Assembly: GCA_030823955.1 (NCBI GenBank)
Contig: JAVBYO010000006.1
Span: 6,951 to 70,950, forward strand
Length of the DNA stretch: 64,000 bases
Source: Gallionellaceae bacterium
GTDB lineage: Bacteria; Pseudomonadota; Gammaproteobacteria; Burkholderiales; Gallionellaceae
Direction of reading: 5' to 3'
The notes beneath the pieces are model-generated. The model worked only from the letters and a program-made list of their open reading frames with translations. It searched no databases and was not told where the DNA came from. Positions 9,310 to 21,500 of the stretch are shown in pieces. The translations under genes and the position numbers were made by a program. Position 1 is the first letter of the stretch; the number at the start of each line of letters is the position of its first letter.

Positions 9310-11178
9310 TCAGTTGTCCAGTTCCGAGATCTTGTGTCCGGTGAGCGCATGGGACACGCTCTTGTCCATACGCCGCTGGGCGAAACCCACCGTCGCATCG
9401 TTCAACTGCCCGACGGCGCGCTTGATGACGAGATGATCGCCGTCCTGTAAGCGCGCGCGCAGTTCATCCATCGCGGCAGCGATGCCAGCGCGTTCGTCCG
9501 CACTGAGCAGACTCTGCCCGTCCTGCTCCAGCGCATTCACCACCGCCTCGAGCAACTGGCTGGCTTCGACCTGCTGCTCGCGCAACGCGCGGGCCTGCAT
9601 ATCGTCGCGGGCATGGCCGTGTGATTCCTGCAGCATGCGTGTGATCTCGGCGTCACTCAAGCCGTACGAAGGTTTGACCACGATGTGCGCTTCCACCCCG
9701 CAGCTCTGTTCGCGCGCGCTGACACTCAGCAGACCGTCGGCATCGATCTGGTAGGTGACACGGATACGTGCCGAGCCCGCCACCATGGGAGGGATACCGC
9801 GCAAGTCAAAACGTGCCAGCGAGCGGCAGTCACTCACCAGTTCGCGCTCGCCCTGCACCACATGCACACTCATCGCGGTCTGCCCGTCTTTGAAGGTGGT
9901 GAATTCCTGTGCGCGTGCGGTGGGGATGGTGCTGTTGCGCGGAATGATCTTTTCGGTGAGACCGCCCATGGTCTCGATACCCAGCGACAGGGGACACACG
10001 TCCAGCAGCAGCCAGTCGTCTTCACTGCGATTGCCCGCCAGCACGTTGGCCTGTATCGCAGCGCCCAGCGCCACGACTTTGTCCGGATCGAGATTGGTGA
10101 GCGGAACCTGTTTGAAGAAATCGGCCACGGCACGCTGCACCTGCGGCATACGCGTTGAACCGCCGACCATCACCACCCCTTTGATCTCGTCCACGCTCAG
10201 CCCGGCGTCGCGCAAAGCGCGGCGCATCGGCTGCAGGGTGCGCGCCACTAGGTTCTGCGTCATGGCGTGAAAGTCTTCCTGCGTGACAGCGGTGTCTATC
10301 ATCTCGCCGCTGCCCAGCACGGCGGTGATGCGGGTCTCCACGCGGTCGGTGAGCTCTTCTTTGGCCGCGCGCGCGCGCGTCAGCAATGCGCGCGTATCAT
10401 GTGCGCCGAGCGCCGAGAGGCGGTTCTTTTCCAGCAGCCAGCAATAGAGGCGATGGTCGAAATCGTCCCCGCCCAGTGCCGAATCGCCGTTGGTGGCGAG
10501 CACTTCGAACACGCCTTTGGCAAGTTTCAGGATGGAGATGTCGAAAGTGCCGCCGCCCAGATCGTAGACCGCGTAGATGCCTTCGGAAGCGTTGTCCAGA
10601 CCGTAGGCGATGGCCGCCGCAGTCGGCTCATTGAGCAGCCGCAGGACATTGAGCCCGGCCAGACGTGCCGCATCCTTGGTGGCCTGGCGTTGTGCATCGT
10701 CGAAATAGGCCGGCACCGTGATGACCGCACCGACCAGTTCACCACCCAAGCTCTGCTCGGCGCGGTCACGCAGCACCTTCAATATCTCGGCGGATACTTC
10801 CACCGGACTCTTCACGCCGGCGATCGTGCGCAGTTGCAACATGCCGGGCGAGTCGACGAAACGGTAAGGCAGATTGGCAACATCGCCCACATCATTCAGA
10901 CCGCGCCCCATGAATCGTTTCACGGAGACGATGGTGTTGACCGGGTCTTCGCTCTGCACCGCCTGCGCGGCATCACCCACTTGCACGGCACCATCGGCCA
11001 GATAACGGACCACGGAAGGCAGCAACGCGCGTCCGTGTTCGTCGTTCAACACCAGACTGATGCCGTTGCGCACCGTGGCGACGAGAGAGTTGGTCGTCCC
11101 CAGGTCGATACCTATCGCCAGCCTGTGCTGGTGCGGAGCGGCGCTGAGGCCGGGTTCGGAGATCTGTAGCAATGCCAT
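9310..11178 (-). CDS. hscA: Fe-S cluster assembly chaperone HscA (Hsp70 family)
   Basis: [18 protein letters not shown] and VGGSTRMP Hsp70 motifs, with isc operon context. Confidence 0.95.
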   Translation of the reverse strand: MALLQISEPGLSAAPHQHRLAIGIDLGTTNSLVATVRNGISLVLNDEHGRALLPSVVRYLADGAVQVGDAAQAVQSEDPVNTIVSVKRFMGRGLNDVGDVANLPYRFVDSPGMLQLRTIAGVKSPVEVSAEILKVLRDRAEQSLGGELVGAVITVPAYFDDAQRQATKDAARLAGLNVLRLLNEPTAAAIAYGLDNASEGIYAVYDLGGGTFDISILKLAKGVFEVLATNGDSALGGDDFDHRLYCWLLEKNRLSALGAHDTRALLTRARAAKEELTDRVETRITAVLGSGEMIDTAVTQEDFHAMTQNLVARTLQPMRRALRDAGLSVDEIKGVVMVGGSTRMPQVQRAVADFFKQVPLTNLDPDKVVALGAAIQANVLAGNRSEDDWLLLDVCPLSLGIETMGGLTEKIIPRNSTIPTARAQEFTTFKDGQTAMSVHVVQGERELVSDCRSLARFDLRGIPPMVAGSARIRVTYQIDADGLLSVSAREQSCGVEAHIVVKPSYGLSDAEITRMLQESHGHARDDMQARALREQQVEASQLLEAVVNALEQDGQSLLSADERAGIAAAMDELRARLQDGDHLVIKRAVGQLNDATVGFAQRRMDKSVSHALTGHKISELDN

Positions 11179-11720
11179 CAGTGATCCAGCTCGTCGAAGG
11201 CGGAAGCGATCTCTTCCGCCAGTTTTTCAAAGAATTTCAATTTTCGCACAATCCCCGCCGCCGCAAGATAGTCTTGCTCGTCATCGAGCAAATGTCCGAG
11301 CTGCTGCTCCAGGCTGCGGGTCTGCTGACGCAGTTTGTCCGCCAATCCGTCCAGTGCCGCATCGTCTTTTGCCTGCCGCGCTGCCGCGATGTCTTCGCGC
11401 CATTCCATCTGCGCCATCAGAAAGTCCAGCGGCATGGCGGTATTGGTCTCTTCCTGCGTATCCACTCCGCGCAGTGCGAGCAGATATCGCGCGCGGTTCA
11501 GCGGTTTGCGCAGGGTCTGGTAGCCCTCGTTGATGCGCGTGGACCACTGCATGGATAGGCGCTGCTCCGCTTCAGGCAGATGGGAGAATTTATCGGGATG
11601 GAATTGAACTTGCAGCGCGCGGTAATGCTGCTCCAACAGAGCGGTATCAAGCTGGAAACACAAGGGGAGATCGAAGAGACGGAAGAAGTCCTGCTGGAAG
11701 TCGCTACCGATGGAAGACAT
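11178..11720 (-). CDS. hscB: Co-chaperone HscB (J-domain)
   Basis: J-domain with HPDKF. The stop codon overlaps the hscA start by 1 nt. Confidence 0.9.
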   Translation of the reverse strand: MSSIGSDFQQDFFRLFDLPLCFQLDTALLEQHYRALQVQFHPDKFSHLPEAEQRLSMQWSTRINEGYQTLRKPLNRARYLLALRGVDTQEETNTAMPLDFLMAQMEWREDIAAARQAKDDAALDGLADKLRQQTRSLEQQLGHLLDDEQDYLAAAGIVRKLKFFEKLAEEIASAFDELDH

Positions 11721-11828
11721 CTATGCGTTCTCGTCAAAAACCAAAACAGATTCAGCCTCGGATGGGCGCGAATACCCACTGATAAAACATCCTTGAGAAT
11801 CCGTGTTCATCCGTGGCTAATGAATTTT

Positions 11829-12152
11829 TCAAACCTTAAAACTCTCGCCGCAGCCGCACTGATCCTTCACGTTCGGATTGTTGAACTTGAACCCTTCGTT
11901 CAGTCCTTCGCGCGTGTAGTCCAATTCCATGCCCGCGATATAAGGCAGGCTCTGCTGATCGACCAGGATGGTGACGCCGTTGCTGACGAATTTCAGATCG
12001 GCCTCGTCCGGCTCATCGACGAACTCCAGCTTGTACGCCATACCGGAACAACCGCTGGTACGGACGCCCACGCGCAGGCCGATGCCTTTGCCGCGTTTGC
12101 TCAGGAAATTCTGCACATGTTTGGCTGCATCTTCAGTTAGCGTGACTGACAT
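11829..12152 (-). CDS. iscA: Iron-sulfur cluster carrier IscA
   Basis: GCSG...C-terminal CGCGESF motif, 107 aa. Confidence 0.9.
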   Translation of the reverse strand: MSVTLTEDAAKHVQNFLSKRGKGIGLRVGVRTSGCSGMAYKLEFVDEPDEADLKFVSNGVTILVDQQSLPYIAGMELDYTREGLNEGFKFNNPNVKDQCGCGESFKV

Positions 12153-12164
12153 TTCATTCTCCGA

Positions 12165-12581
12165 TCATTTGTTTCCGTTACACGCGGCGGTCTCGACCAT
12201 CGCGCCATTCTTCGCCTTGTAATCCGCTACCGCCGCCTTGATGGCATCTTCCGCCAGAATGGAGCAGTGTATCTTCACCGGCGGCAAGGCCAGCTCTTCG
12301 GCGATCTGCGTATTCTTGATCGCCAGCGCCTGATCGACAGTCTTGCCTTTCACCCATTCAGTGACCAGCGAACTGGAAGCGATCGCCGAGCCGCAGCCGT
12401 AGGTCTTGAATTTGGCATCCTCGATGATGCCGTCCTTGCCGACCTTGATCTGCAACTTCATCACGTCGCCGCAGGCGGGCGCTCCGACCATGCCGGTGCC
12501 GACCAGTGCATCGTCTTTGTCCAAGGAACCGACGTTGCGCGGATTCTCGTAGTGATCTAAAACTTTTTCGCTGTATGCCAT
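12165..12581 (-). CDS. iscU: Fe-S cluster scaffold IscU
   Basis: MAYSEKVLDHYENPRNVG, GAPACGDVM, LPPVKIHCS. ATG at 12581 is preceded by aaaggagc. The longer ORF start at 12650 runs into the intergenic repeat. Confidence 0.95.
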   Translation of the reverse strand: MAYSEKVLDHYENPRNVGSLDKDDALVGTGMVGAPACGDVMKLQIKVGKDGIIEDAKFKTYGCGSAIASSSLVTEWVKGKTVDQALAIKNTQIAEELALPPVKIHCSILAEDAIKAAVADYKAKNGAMVETAACNGNK

Positions 12582-12600
12582 TTTTTGCTCCTTTGTCGCA

Positions 12601-12689
12601 GAGAAGGGAGAAGAGGGAAGGGAGAAGGGTAAAACCACAGCGAGCCTCACCCGCCTTTACCCTTCCCCCTTCTCCCTTAACCCTTCCCC
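12601..12689. repeat. Homopurine/homopyrimidine inverted repeat in the iscS-iscU spacer
   Basis: Left arm gagaagggagaagagggaagggagaagggtaaa (12601-12633). Right arm tttacccttcccccttctcccttaacccttcccc (12656-12689). Imperfect complement, 22-nt loop. Confidence 0.8.
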
Positions 12690-12693
12690 GCTT

Positions 12694-13908
12694 TCAGTGT
12701 GCCGCCCACTGCACAGTATTCATGTCGATACCATCCTTGTACATATCCCATAAGGGGGATAGCTCGCGCAGCTTTCCTATCTTGTCGTGCAACAGTTTGA
12801 TGGTGTAGTCCACTTCTTCCAGCGTGGTGAAACGCCCGATAGTGAACCGGATGGAGCTGTGCGCCAGTTCGTCGTTGCGCCCCAAAGCGCGCAACACATA
12901 CGATGGCTCGAGGCTGGCCGAGGTACACGCCGAGCCGCTGGACACCGCGATGTCTTTCACCGCCATGATGAGCGATTCGCCCTCGACGAAGTTGAAACTC
13001 ACGTTCAGGTTGTGCGGCACGCGCTGCTCCATGTCGCCGTTCAGATAGACCTCTTCCATATCCGACAGTCCCGCCCACAGGCGGTCGCGCAACATGCCGA
13101 TGCGCTCGTTCTCGCTCGTCATCTCTTCTTTCGCAAGGCGGAACGCCTCGCCCATACCGACGATCTGGTGTGTCGCCAGCGTGCCGGAACGGAAGCCGCG
13201 TTCGTGGCCACCGCCGTGCATCTGCGCTTCCAGGCGCACACGCGGCTTACGCCGCACATATAACGCGCCGATACCCTTGGGGCCGTAGGTCTTGTGCGCC
13301 GAGAACGACATCAGGTCGACCTTGAGTTTTTGCAGGTCGATGGCCACTTTGCCGGTGGCTTGTGCCGCGTCGACATGGAACAGGATGCCTTTTTCGCGGC
13401 AGATCTCGCCGATGGCGGCGATGTCCTGAATGACACCGATCTCGTTGTTCACCAGCATCACCGAAACGATGGTGGTGTCGGGGCGCAACGCGGCTTTGAG
13501 CTTGTCCAGATCGAGCAGGCCGTTCGCTTCGGGATCAAGATAGGTGGCCGTGAACCCCTGCCGCTCCAGTTCGCGCACCGTGTCGAGAATAGCTTTGTGT
13601 TCGGTCTGCACGGTGACGAGATGTTTGCCTTTGTCGGCATAGAAATGCGCCGCGCCTTTCAGCGCGAGATTGTTCGACTCGGTCGCACCGGAGGTCCATA
13701 CGATCTCTTTCGGATCGGCATTCACCAGCGCAGCGACCTGTTCGCGCGCACGCTCCACCGCCTCGTCCGCCGTCCAGCCGAACGGATGCGAACGCGAAGC
13801 CGGATTACCGAACTGCTCGGTGAGATAAGGGATCATCACCTCGGCCACACGCGGATCGACCGGTGTGGTCGCCGAATAGTCCAGATAGATGGGTAAGCGC
13901 AAGGTCAT
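12694..13908 (-). CDS. iscS: Cysteine desulfurase IscS
   Basis: [28 protein letters not shown] (PLP lysine), SSGSACTS (active-site Cys). 404 aa from the ATG at 13908. The upstream extension of the ORF is not coding-like. Confidence 0.95.
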   Translation of the reverse strand: MTLRLPIYLDYSATTPVDPRVAEVMIPYLTEQFGNPASRSHPFGWTADEAVERAREQVAALVNADPKEIVWTSGATESNNLALKGAAHFYADKGKHLVTVQTEHKAILDTVRELERQGFTATYLDPEANGLLDLDKLKAALRPDTTIVSVMLVNNEIGVIQDIAAIGEICREKGILFHVDAAQATGKVAIDLQKLKVDLMSFSAHKTYGPKGIGALYVRRKPRVRLEAQMHGGGHERGFRSGTLATHQIVGMGEAFRLAKEEMTSENERIGMLRDRLWAGLSDMEEVYLNGDMEQRVPHNLNVSFNFVEGESLIMAVKDIAVSSGSACTSASLEPSYVLRALGRNDELAHSSIRFTIGRFTTLEEVDYTIKLLHDKIGKLRELSPLWDMYKDGIDMNTVQWAAH

Positions 13909-13931
13909 GTGAACCTCTTGTCGGTTAAGCG

Positions 13932-14405
13932 TCAGGCGGACGCGTGTGCGGCCTTGGCAGTTTCTTTTGGCAAGGCGACCTTGGAACTCTCGGCACCGCT
14001 CTTGTTCTGTCCGTCCACCAGTTGCTGCAGGTTCACGCCGGAAAGGTATTCGTGGATCTTCTGGTTCAGGCCGAACCACAGGTCGTGTGTCAAACAGGGC
14101 TTGCCGTCGTTGCAATTGCCTTTTGCGTTGCAATTGGTGGCATCCAAAGGCTCGTCCACCGCAAGGATGATATCCACCATTGATATCTTGTTGGCCGGAC
14201 GCGCCAGACAATAACCGCCACCGGGGCCGCGCACACTGGCCACCACATTGTTCTTGCGCAGCTTGCCGAACAGTTGCTCCAGATAAGACAACGAAATCTT
14301 CTGCCGTTCGCTGATACCCGCCAGCGTGACCGGACCGCGCCCGCCCCGTGTCGCCAAATCAACCATTGCCGTTACCGCGAATCGTCCTTTAGTGGTCAAA
14401 CGCAT
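13932..14405 (-). CDS. iscR: Fe-S cluster assembly transcriptional regulator IscR (Rrf2 family)
   Basis: [28 protein letters not shown] and a Cys cluster [13 protein letters not shown]. Confidence 0.9.
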   Translation of the reverse strand: MRLTTKGRFAVTAMVDLATRGGRGPVTLAGISERQKISLSYLEQLFGKLRKNNVVASVRGPGGGYCLARPANKISMVDIILAVDEPLDATNCNAKGNCNDGKPCLTHDLWFGLNQKIHEYLSGVNLQQLVDGQNKSGAESSKVALPKETAKAAHASA

Positions 14406-14472
14406 CGTCTCTCTCCGGTGGATATTTATTGTCTGACGCTCACGCGCCCCTCTTGTGAGGGAGAATCATAGA

Positions 14473-14497
14473 ATACCCGATTCTTTTAATCAACAAT
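14473..14497. promoter_or_regulatory. Candidate type-1 IscR box upstream of iscR
   Basis: ATACCCGATTCTTTTAATCAACAAT matches about 20 of 25 positions of the recalled consensus ATASYYGACTRWWWYAGTCRRSTAT. It lies 68-92 nt upstream of the iscR ATG and overlaps the cysE stop codon. Confidence 0.3.
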
Positions 14498-15223
14498 CTT
14501 ATTCAAATAATTGGGATCGAACTTATCCGCCGTGGCGCGCTCCTCGTCCACTCCCACACCCATCTTCTCCAGATGTTGCAGGATAAGCTCGATGCGCTGA
14601 TCGACCGTGACACTATGCCCGATCAGGCCGTGCAAGGCTTTCGAGACCGGATCGTTCTGGTCGCCGCTCAGCCCGTAGGCATTGAAACCACCGGATTTCT
14701 TCACTTCGTCCAGGATACGTGCCGGAATACCCGCTGCCGTGGCCCCCGCCGGTACCGCTTTCACCACCACCGCATTCGAGCCTATCTTGGCCCCGGCTCC
14801 GATGACGATAGGGCCCAGTATCTTGGCGCCCGCGCCGACCACCACCCCGTCACCCAGTGTGGGATGGCGTTTGCCTTCTTTCCAGGACGTGCCGCCCAGC
14901 GTCACCCCGTGGTACAGCGTCACATCGTCACCAATTTCCGCCGTCTCGCCGATGACCACACCCATGCCGTGGTCAATAAAGAAACGTCGGCCTATGGTCG
15001 CCCCCGGATGGATCTCGATACCGGTCAGGAAGCGGGCGATATGTGATAACAAGCGCGCCAGCCAAAACAGTTTCCACTGCCACAAGCCGTGCGACATGCG
15101 ATGCAGGATGCGCGCATGTACACCGGGGTAGCAGGTCAGTACCTCCAGTGTGCTGCGTGCAGCCGGGTCGCGCTCGAATACGCTCTTGATGTCTTCCTTA
15201 ATCGCTTTGAACATTGCTTGCAT
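14486..15223 (-). CDS. cysE: Serine O-acetyltransferase
   Basis: Hexapeptide repeats ([39 protein letters not shown]) and N-terminal ERDPAARS. The start may instead be the internal ATG at 15214. Confidence 0.9.
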   Translation of the reverse strand: MQAMFKAIKEDIKSVFERDPAARSTLEVLTCYPGVHARILHRMSHGLWQWKLFWLARLLSHIARFLTGIEIHPGATIGRRFFIDHGMGVVIGETAEIGDDVTLYHGVTLGGTSWKEGKRHPTLGDGVVVGAGAKILGPIVIGAGAKIGSNAVVVKAVPAGATAAGIPARILDEVKKSGGFNAYGLSGDQNDPVSKALHGLIGHSVTVDQRIELILQHLEKMGVGVDEERATADKFDPNYLNKIVD

Positions 15224-15968
15224 CTCGCTTCAATTTACCGTGGTACTGCGTCGTCAGCGTGAGGATACCACGCAGGATATTGATCTCTTCCGCCTCCAGC
15301 CGCGCCCGCGCGTACAGCCGCCGCAGTTTGTGCATCAGCTTGGTGGGATGTTTGCCGTTGAGAAACTCGATCTCAACCAGTGTTTCTTCCAACTGACGGA
15401 AGAAGCCCTCTACATGTTCCGCCGGAGCGGGAGTCACTTCCGGCGCACCACAATCCCCCTGTCCCGCAGCCAGATGCAACTCGTAACTCAGCAACTGCAC
15501 CGCCGCCGCCAGATTGAGCGAAGAAAAATCGGGATTCACCGGGATACGCACCATCAACTGGCAACGCGCCAGTTCATCATTGGTCAGCCCGGACATCTCG
15601 GTGCCGAACAACAGGGCCACCGGCTGCACAGCCTGCTGCACCAGCAAAGGCATCGCCGCACGCGGCGCCAGCACCTCCTGCGAGATGTCGCGCACCCGCG
15701 CCGACATACCCGCCACGAACACCACACCCGACAAGGCTTCATCCAGCGTTGTGCACACCACCGCATTCGCCAGCACATCGTCGGCTCCCGCCGCCATAGC
15801 CGTGGCCTGCGCATCGGGGAAGAAACGCGGATTGACCAGATACAGCCGGGTCAGCCCCATGGTCTTCATGGCCCGCGCAGCCGCACCGATATTGCCCGGA
15901 TGGGTGGTGTGGCTAAGGATGACCCTGACGTTGTCCAAAACTGCCGCTGAATGTTCTTGTTTATTCAA
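15198..15968 (-). CDS. trmJ: SpoU/TrmH-family tRNA (cytidine/uridine-2'-O)-methyltransferase TrmJ
   Basis: [39 protein letters not shown] motifs. Its 3' end overlaps the cysE start. Confidence 0.8.
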   Translation of the reverse strand: MNKQEHSAAVLDNVRVILSHTTHPGNIGAAARAMKTMGLTRLYLVNPRFFPDAQATAMAAGADDVLANAVVCTTLDEALSGVVFVAGMSARVRDISQEVLAPRAAMPLLVQQAVQPVALLFGTEMSGLTNDELARCQLMVRIPVNPDFSSLNLAAAVQLLSYELHLAAGQGDCGAPEVTPAPAEHVEGFFRQLEETLVEIEFLNGKHPTKLMHKLRRLYARARLEAEEINILRGILTLTTQYHGKLKRDASNVQSD

Positions 15969-16027
15969 AACCCAATACCCATTAAAATAGCGACTGTTAC
16001 TTCGTTCATTAAAAAGGTCCTGCTCTC

Positions 16028-16825
16028 ATGCATCCCATGCTCAACATCGCGGTGAAGGCCGCGCGTCGCGCCGGAAATCTCATCCATCGTGCCGCCGATA
16101 ACGTCGACCACCTGACGATCACCAAAAAATCCAACGCCGATTATGTCAGCGAAGTGGATCGCGCCGCCGAGAATGCCATCATCCAGACCATTCTGGATGT
16201 CTATCCCAATCACGCGATTTTAGCAGAAGAGAGCGGCGCCCAAGGCGAGTCGGAATACCTCTGGATCATCGACCCGCTGGACGGCACCACCAACTTCCTG
16301 CACGGCGTACCGCAGTATTCCGTCTCCATCGCCCTGCAACACAACGGTGTGCTCACCCAGGCCGTTATCTACGACCCGACCAAGAACGACCTGTTCACCG
16401 CCACACGCGGACGCGGCGCGTTCCTCAACGACAAACGCATCCGCGTGAGCAAACGCGACCAGCTCGCCGACAGCCTGATCGGTACCGGCTTCCCCTATTC
16501 CAAGATGGAACACCTCGACGCTTATATGAACATCCTGCGCGATGTCATCCAGAAGACCGCCGGTCTGCGCCGCCCCGGCTCCGCCGCATTGGATCTGGCA
16601 TGGACCGCCGCGGGCCGTTACGACGCGTTCTTCGAGACCGGCCTCAAGCCTTGGGATATCGCCGCCGGATGCCTGCTCATCACCGAAGCGGGCGGCATGG
16701 TCAGCGATTTGCAGGGCAACGACAGCTACATCAAGAGCGGCCACCTCTGCGCGGGCAATCCCAAGATCTTCGCGCAACTGCTGCAAGTGATGGCACCGCA
16801 TCTCACCCCGGCACTCAAGGGCTGA
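16028..16825 (+). CDS. suhB: Inositol monophosphatase family protein SuhB
   Basis: [19 protein letters not shown] and ILAEESG motifs. Confidence 0.85.
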   Translation: MHPMLNIAVKAARRAGNLIHRAADNVDHLTITKKSNADYVSEVDRAAENAIIQTILDVYPNHAILAEESGAQGESEYLWIIDPLDGTTNFLHGVPQYSVSIALQHNGVLTQAVIYDPTKNDLFTATRGRGAFLNDKRIRVSKRDQLADSLIGTGFPYSKMEHLDAYMNILRDVIQKTAGLRRPGSAALDLAWTAAGRYDAFFETGLKPWDIAAGCLLITEAGGMVSDLQGNDSYIKSGHLCAGNPKIFAQLLQVMAPHLTPALKG

Positions 16826-16864
16826 TCCACCGGCAACCCCACCTACAGCAAGCGAAACAAGATC

Positions 16865-17896
16865 ATGGACACCCTGCTCGTCCTCGCCATCGCGACCATC
16901 GTCATCGTGCTTATCTTCGAGTACACCAACGGTTTCCATGATGCGGCCAACATCATCGCCACCGTCATCGCCTCGCGCGCCATGACGCCGGTGCAGGCGG
17001 TCATGCTGGTGGCTTTCTTCGAATTCCTCGGCCCGCTGCTGGGCGGCACGGCGGTCGCCAACACCATAGGAAAGTTCATCACGCTGGACGACATCGACCG
17101 CGTGCTCGCCCTGAGCATCGTGTTGTGCGGCGTGCTCGGTGCCATCGCCTGGAATCTGTTGACCTGGTGGTACGGCATCCCGTCATCCTCGTCGCATGCG
17201 CTGGTCGGCGGCCTCGCCGGGGTGGTGATGGTCGCGGCCGGCTCCAGCCATGTGGTGTGGGGCTTTGGCGACCTCATGCACGGGCATCTGAACGGCGTCG
17301 CCAAGGTGCTCGTCGCACTCATCCTGTCCCCGCTCATCGGCTTCTGGGTCGGCTACGCGCTGCACCGCACCATGCTGCGCCTGCTGCGCGGCTCGCATCC
17401 CTCGATCAACCGCGACCTGCGCCACCTGCAGTTCGTCACTTCCGCCGGACTGGCGTTCTCGCACGGCGCCAACGACGCGCAAAAGAGCATGGGCATGTTG
17501 ACACTGGTGCTGGTGCTGGGCGGCTTCATCCCCACTTTCGAAGTACCGTTCTGGGTAATGCTGGCCTGTTCTCTGACCATCACTTTGGGCATCCTCTCCG
17601 GCGGCTGGCAGATCGTGCGCACCCTGGGGTTCTCCATCTACAAGATCCGCCCGCTGCACGCACTGGATTCGCAGATGACCGCCGCCGCCGTGATCTTCAG
17701 CTCGTCGATGTTCGGTGCGCCCGTCTCCACCACCCACGTGGTCGCCTCCTCCATCATGGGCATCGGTGCCTCGGAGCGGCCCAAGGCGGTGCGCTGGGGC
17801 AAGGCGCGCGAGATCGTCACCACCTGGGTCATCACCATCCCCGGCGCGGCGCTGATGTCGATATGCTGTTACCTTGCCGTCCGCCCGTTCATCTGA
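16865..17896 (+). CDS. PiT family inorganic phosphate transporter
   Basis: GFHDAANIIAT and HGANDAQKSMG signature pair, polytopic membrane protein. Confidence 0.85.
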   Translation: MDTLLVLAIATIVIVLIFEYTNGFHDAANIIATVIASRAMTPVQAVMLVAFFEFLGPLLGGTAVANTIGKFITLDDIDRVLALSIVLCGVLGAIAWNLLTWWYGIPSSSSHALVGGLAGVVMVAAGSSHVVWGFGDLMHGHLNGVAKVLVALILSPLIGFWVGYALHRTMLRLLRGSHPSINRDLRHLQFVTSAGLAFSHGANDAQKSMGMLTLVLVLGGFIPTFEVPFWVMLACSLTITLGILSGGWQIVRTLGFSIYKIRPLHALDSQMTAAAVIFSSSMFGAPVSTTHVVASSIMGIGASERPKAVRWGKAREIVTTWVITIPGAALMSICCYLAVRPFI

Positions 17897-17905
17897 GGAG
17901 CTCAC

Positions 17906-18541
17906 ATGACCACGAAAAACATCCTTACCATCATCCTAGACCGCGTCTTTCCCAAAGTGCCGGACTTCTTCCAGATGCTCACCGAGCAGAACCAGAAGGT
18001 CGCGCACACCGTCAACCTGCTGGTCGAATATATGGAGCATGACGGCCCCGAGGTCGCCGACGCACTGAAGGAGGACATCCACGAGGCCGACCTGATCAAG
18101 GTGCGCAACCTGCACGAACTCAACGACGCCTTCTCCACCCCGATCGACCGCGAGGACATCTACCGCGCCATCATGGCGCTGGACGACATCGTGGTGTACT
18201 GCAAGACAACGGTACACGAGATGGAGGTGCTCGGTGTCGAGCCGGATGAATTCATGCGCAACATCTCGCACTATCTGCAGGAGGGGGTCGATGCGCTGCA
18301 CAGCGGTTTTGCCAAACTGGCCACCCGCCCGGCCGAGGCCGCGCATGATGCGGATGCGGCCCGCAAAGCGGAGCGCCGCGCGGAGAAACAGTATCGCGTG
18401 GCCTTATCCACGCTGTTCGAAGGCAGCGATTACGTCAACATGTTCAAGCGCCGCGAGATCTACCGCCACCTGACCAACGCTGCCCAGCACATGGCGCAAT
18501 GTGCCAACACGCTGCACGACATCGTGGTCAAAATCAGCTGA
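17906..18541 (+). CDS. DUF47 (PhoU-like, TIGR00153) protein partnered with the PiT transporter
   Basis: Helical 211-aa protein (FFQMLTEQ...EADLIK...PIDREDIY) located 9 nt after the PiT stop codon, preceded by GAGGAG. Confidence 0.75.
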   Translation: MTTKNILTIILDRVFPKVPDFFQMLTEQNQKVAHTVNLLVEYMEHDGPEVADALKEDIHEADLIKVRNLHELNDAFSTPIDREDIYRAIMALDDIVVYCKTTVHEMEVLGVEPDEFMRNISHYLQEGVDALHSGFAKLATRPAEAAHDADAARKAERRAEKQYRVALSTLFEGSDYVNMFKRREIYRHLTNAAQHMAQCANTLHDIVVKIS

Positions 18542-18565
18542 TACAAAAAGACGGGAACGCGAGCG

Positions 18566-21500
18566 TCAGCTTTTCTCCGCCCGCTTCAACAACTCATAAC
18601 GCACGAACGCCTCGCGGATCAGCGCGATGAGCACCTCGTTCTCCCAAGGCTTGGTGATGAATTGGTATATCTCGCCCTTGTTGATGGCGTCGGTCAGCGT
18701 GCCGACCTCGGTATAACCGCTCAGGATCATACGCACCGCATCGGGATACATGATCTTCACCCGGCGCAGGAACTCCACCCCGCTCATACCCGGCATACGC
18801 TGATCGGAGAGCACCACATTGACGCGGTTCTGCGCCATCACCTCCAGGCCCTCCTCGGCGCTGGAAGCGGTGAGGATGGTATAACCTTCGCGCCGCAGGA
18901 TACGTTTGAGCGACATCTGCACGTTCTCCTCGTCATCCACCAGCAGCAGCACCTGCTCCGACACACTCTCCGTCGCCATCTTGCCGCGCGCCAACAATGC
19001 GGCGAACTCCTCCGCAGGCAGTGGACGGCTGAACAGATACCCCTGCATCTCCTTGCAGTGCACCGAGCGCAGATAACCCAATTGCGCCTCGGTCTCCACC
19101 CCTTCGGCGATGGTCGTCATTCCCAGCGTTCTGGCCAGCGCGATGATGGCCTGCACGATGGCGGCATCGTTTGGATCGCGCGCGATATTGCTGACGAAAG
19201 ACTGGTCGATCTTGAGTTTGTCCACGGGGAACTGCTTGAGATAGGACAGGCTCGAATAACCGGTGCCGAAATCGTCGATGGAAAGATGCAATCCCATCGT
19301 TTTGAACTGCAGCATGATGGCGATGGTCTCCTTCACGTTCTGCATGATCGCGCTTTCGGTGAATTCCAGCTCCAGATACTGCGGTGCCAACCCGGACTGT
19401 TCCAGCACCTCCCTGACGGTCTCGGTCAGGTTCGATTCATGCAACTGCAACGTGGACAGATTCACCGCGATGATCAGTTCGCTCCCTGTCTCCTCATGCC
19501 ATTGCCGCATCTGGCGGCAGGCTTCACGCAACGCCCAGGCACCCATCGGTACGATCAGTCCAGTCTCTTCGGCCACCGGGATGAACTCGCCCGGCATGAT
19601 CACCCCGCGCTCCGGATGATTGATACGGATAAGCGCCTCCGCCCCGATGATCTCCCCAGTGACAATATCCACCTGCGGCTGGTAATGCAGCAGGAGCCGC
19701 CCCTGTTCCATCGCACTGCGCAACTCGGCCCCCATGGTCAACAATTGGCGCGCATGTTCGTTCATGCTGGCCGAATAGAACCTGAAACTGTTCTTGGCAC
19801 CGGACTTCTTGGCATCCGCCAGCGCGGCATCGGCATGCTGCATCAGGCTGGCTGTGTCTTCCCCGTCCAGCGGATAGACCGCGATCCCCAAACATGCCGA
19901 CAGCTGCACCTGCTGGACCGACAAAGTGAACGGCTGATACAGCTTCTGCGTGATGCGCTCGGCGAAACGTCCGATCTCCTCGGTGGTGTTGATGTCCGGC
20001 AGCACGACCACGAAGGTGTCGGCAGACAACCGGGTGACCGTGGCCTGTGATGGCACGGAATCGACCAGGCGCAGCGCGGTAATGGTCAGGATATCGTCCC
20101 CGCCGCCGTGTCCGAACATGTCATTCACGGTATGGAAATGATCGAGATTGAGGAACATCACCCCGATAAAACGCTCGTATTGCCGCGCATGGGTGATCGC
20201 ACTCTCCAGGCGGTCCTCCAGCAAAGCGCGGTTGGGCAGATCGGTCAGCGGGTCGTAGTGCTTGAGATGTTCGAGTTCCTCCACCGCTTTCTTTTGCAGC
20301 AGATCACTGAAGATAGCGAAGTAATTGATGGTATTCCCATCACTATCCTTGACCAGATTGATTCTGGACCATTCCGGAAAAATCTCGCCGTTCTTGCGGC
20401 GGTTCCACATCTCCCCCTGCCAACTGCCCTGCAACAGCAGGGTATGCCACAGCGTACGATAGAATTCCGGGGGATGTTTGTCGGATTTCAGGATGCGCGG
20501 GTTCTTGCCGATGACTTCTTCCGGCGCATAACCGGTGATGTCTGAAAATGCCTGATTGATGCGAATGATGTTGTTGTCGGCATCACAGATCAACATGGCG
20601 TCGGCACTGCTGGAAAACACCCGGTCAGCCAGCTTGATCTGGTTTTCCTGCTGCTTTTTGACGGCATTGTCATGGATTCTGCTCAGCGCAAAAGCGATAT
20701 TGTCGCTCAGTTTGGCCAGCAGATCGGTCACCTCGGCATCGAAAAAATTCACCGTATCCGTGTATACCATGAGTGCGCCGCGAAAATCCGGCGTGATGAT
20801 CGGAAGAGAAATGCCGCCGCGCAATTTGTATTGTTCCGCACGTGCGCGCCAGAATTCGGTCATCGGATGCGTGGCGTAATCATTGACGACCACCGGACGT
20901 CCTTCGCGGATAGCCGTTCCGGTGGGGCCCTGTCCGGCAGGCAGGTCGGAGCGTGTGGAAAGCGCCAGATCGGCCACATAGTCCCGCGCCGCGCCGGCGA
21001 TAGAGAGGGGAATGACCTGGTGCGCGCTGTCCTCCTGCCCGAACCACACCAGACTGAAACCGCCAAAATCCAATATCACCTGGGATATCCGCTCCAGCAA
21101 TTGCTGCGCGTCGTCCGAATGGATGATGGCCGCATTACTCTGGCTCAAGGTGGCGTACAAGCGCGTCTTGCGCTCTTCTGCGGCGGTTCTGCGTGCGACC
21201 TCCTGTTCAAAATAGTGCTGCAAGCGGCTCAGTTCAAGATGCACACGTATTCTGGAGCGCACCTCATCGATATCGAACGGCTTAGTGATGAAGTCCGCCG
21301 CGCCGATGGAAAAGCCGCGCACCTTGTCCACCGTGGAATCGATCACACTGAGGAAGATGACCGGAATGCGATTGCCCGCCTCGGTCGTCTTGATATGCCG
21401 ACACACTTCATAACCATCCATCTCGGGCATCATGATGTCGAGCAGGATCAGATCCGGCGGCGTCGCACTTTGCACCATCTCTATGGCTTTTCTTCCGCTG

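Noticed and set aside
12506-12808. 100-aa plus-strand ORF across the iscS-iscU spacer
   Set aside because: It is a translation of the GA-rich repeat (..REKREGRRVK..) plus antisense sequence of iscU/iscS.
14446-14460. cccctcttgtgaggg hairpin as a cysE terminator
   Set aside because: It has a 5-bp stem with no following U-run on the minus strand. It more likely belongs to the iscR promoter/operator region.
16220-16939. 239-aa minus-strand ORF
   Set aside because: It is antisense to suhB, which has clear inositol monophosphatase motifs. It is a GC-frame artefact.
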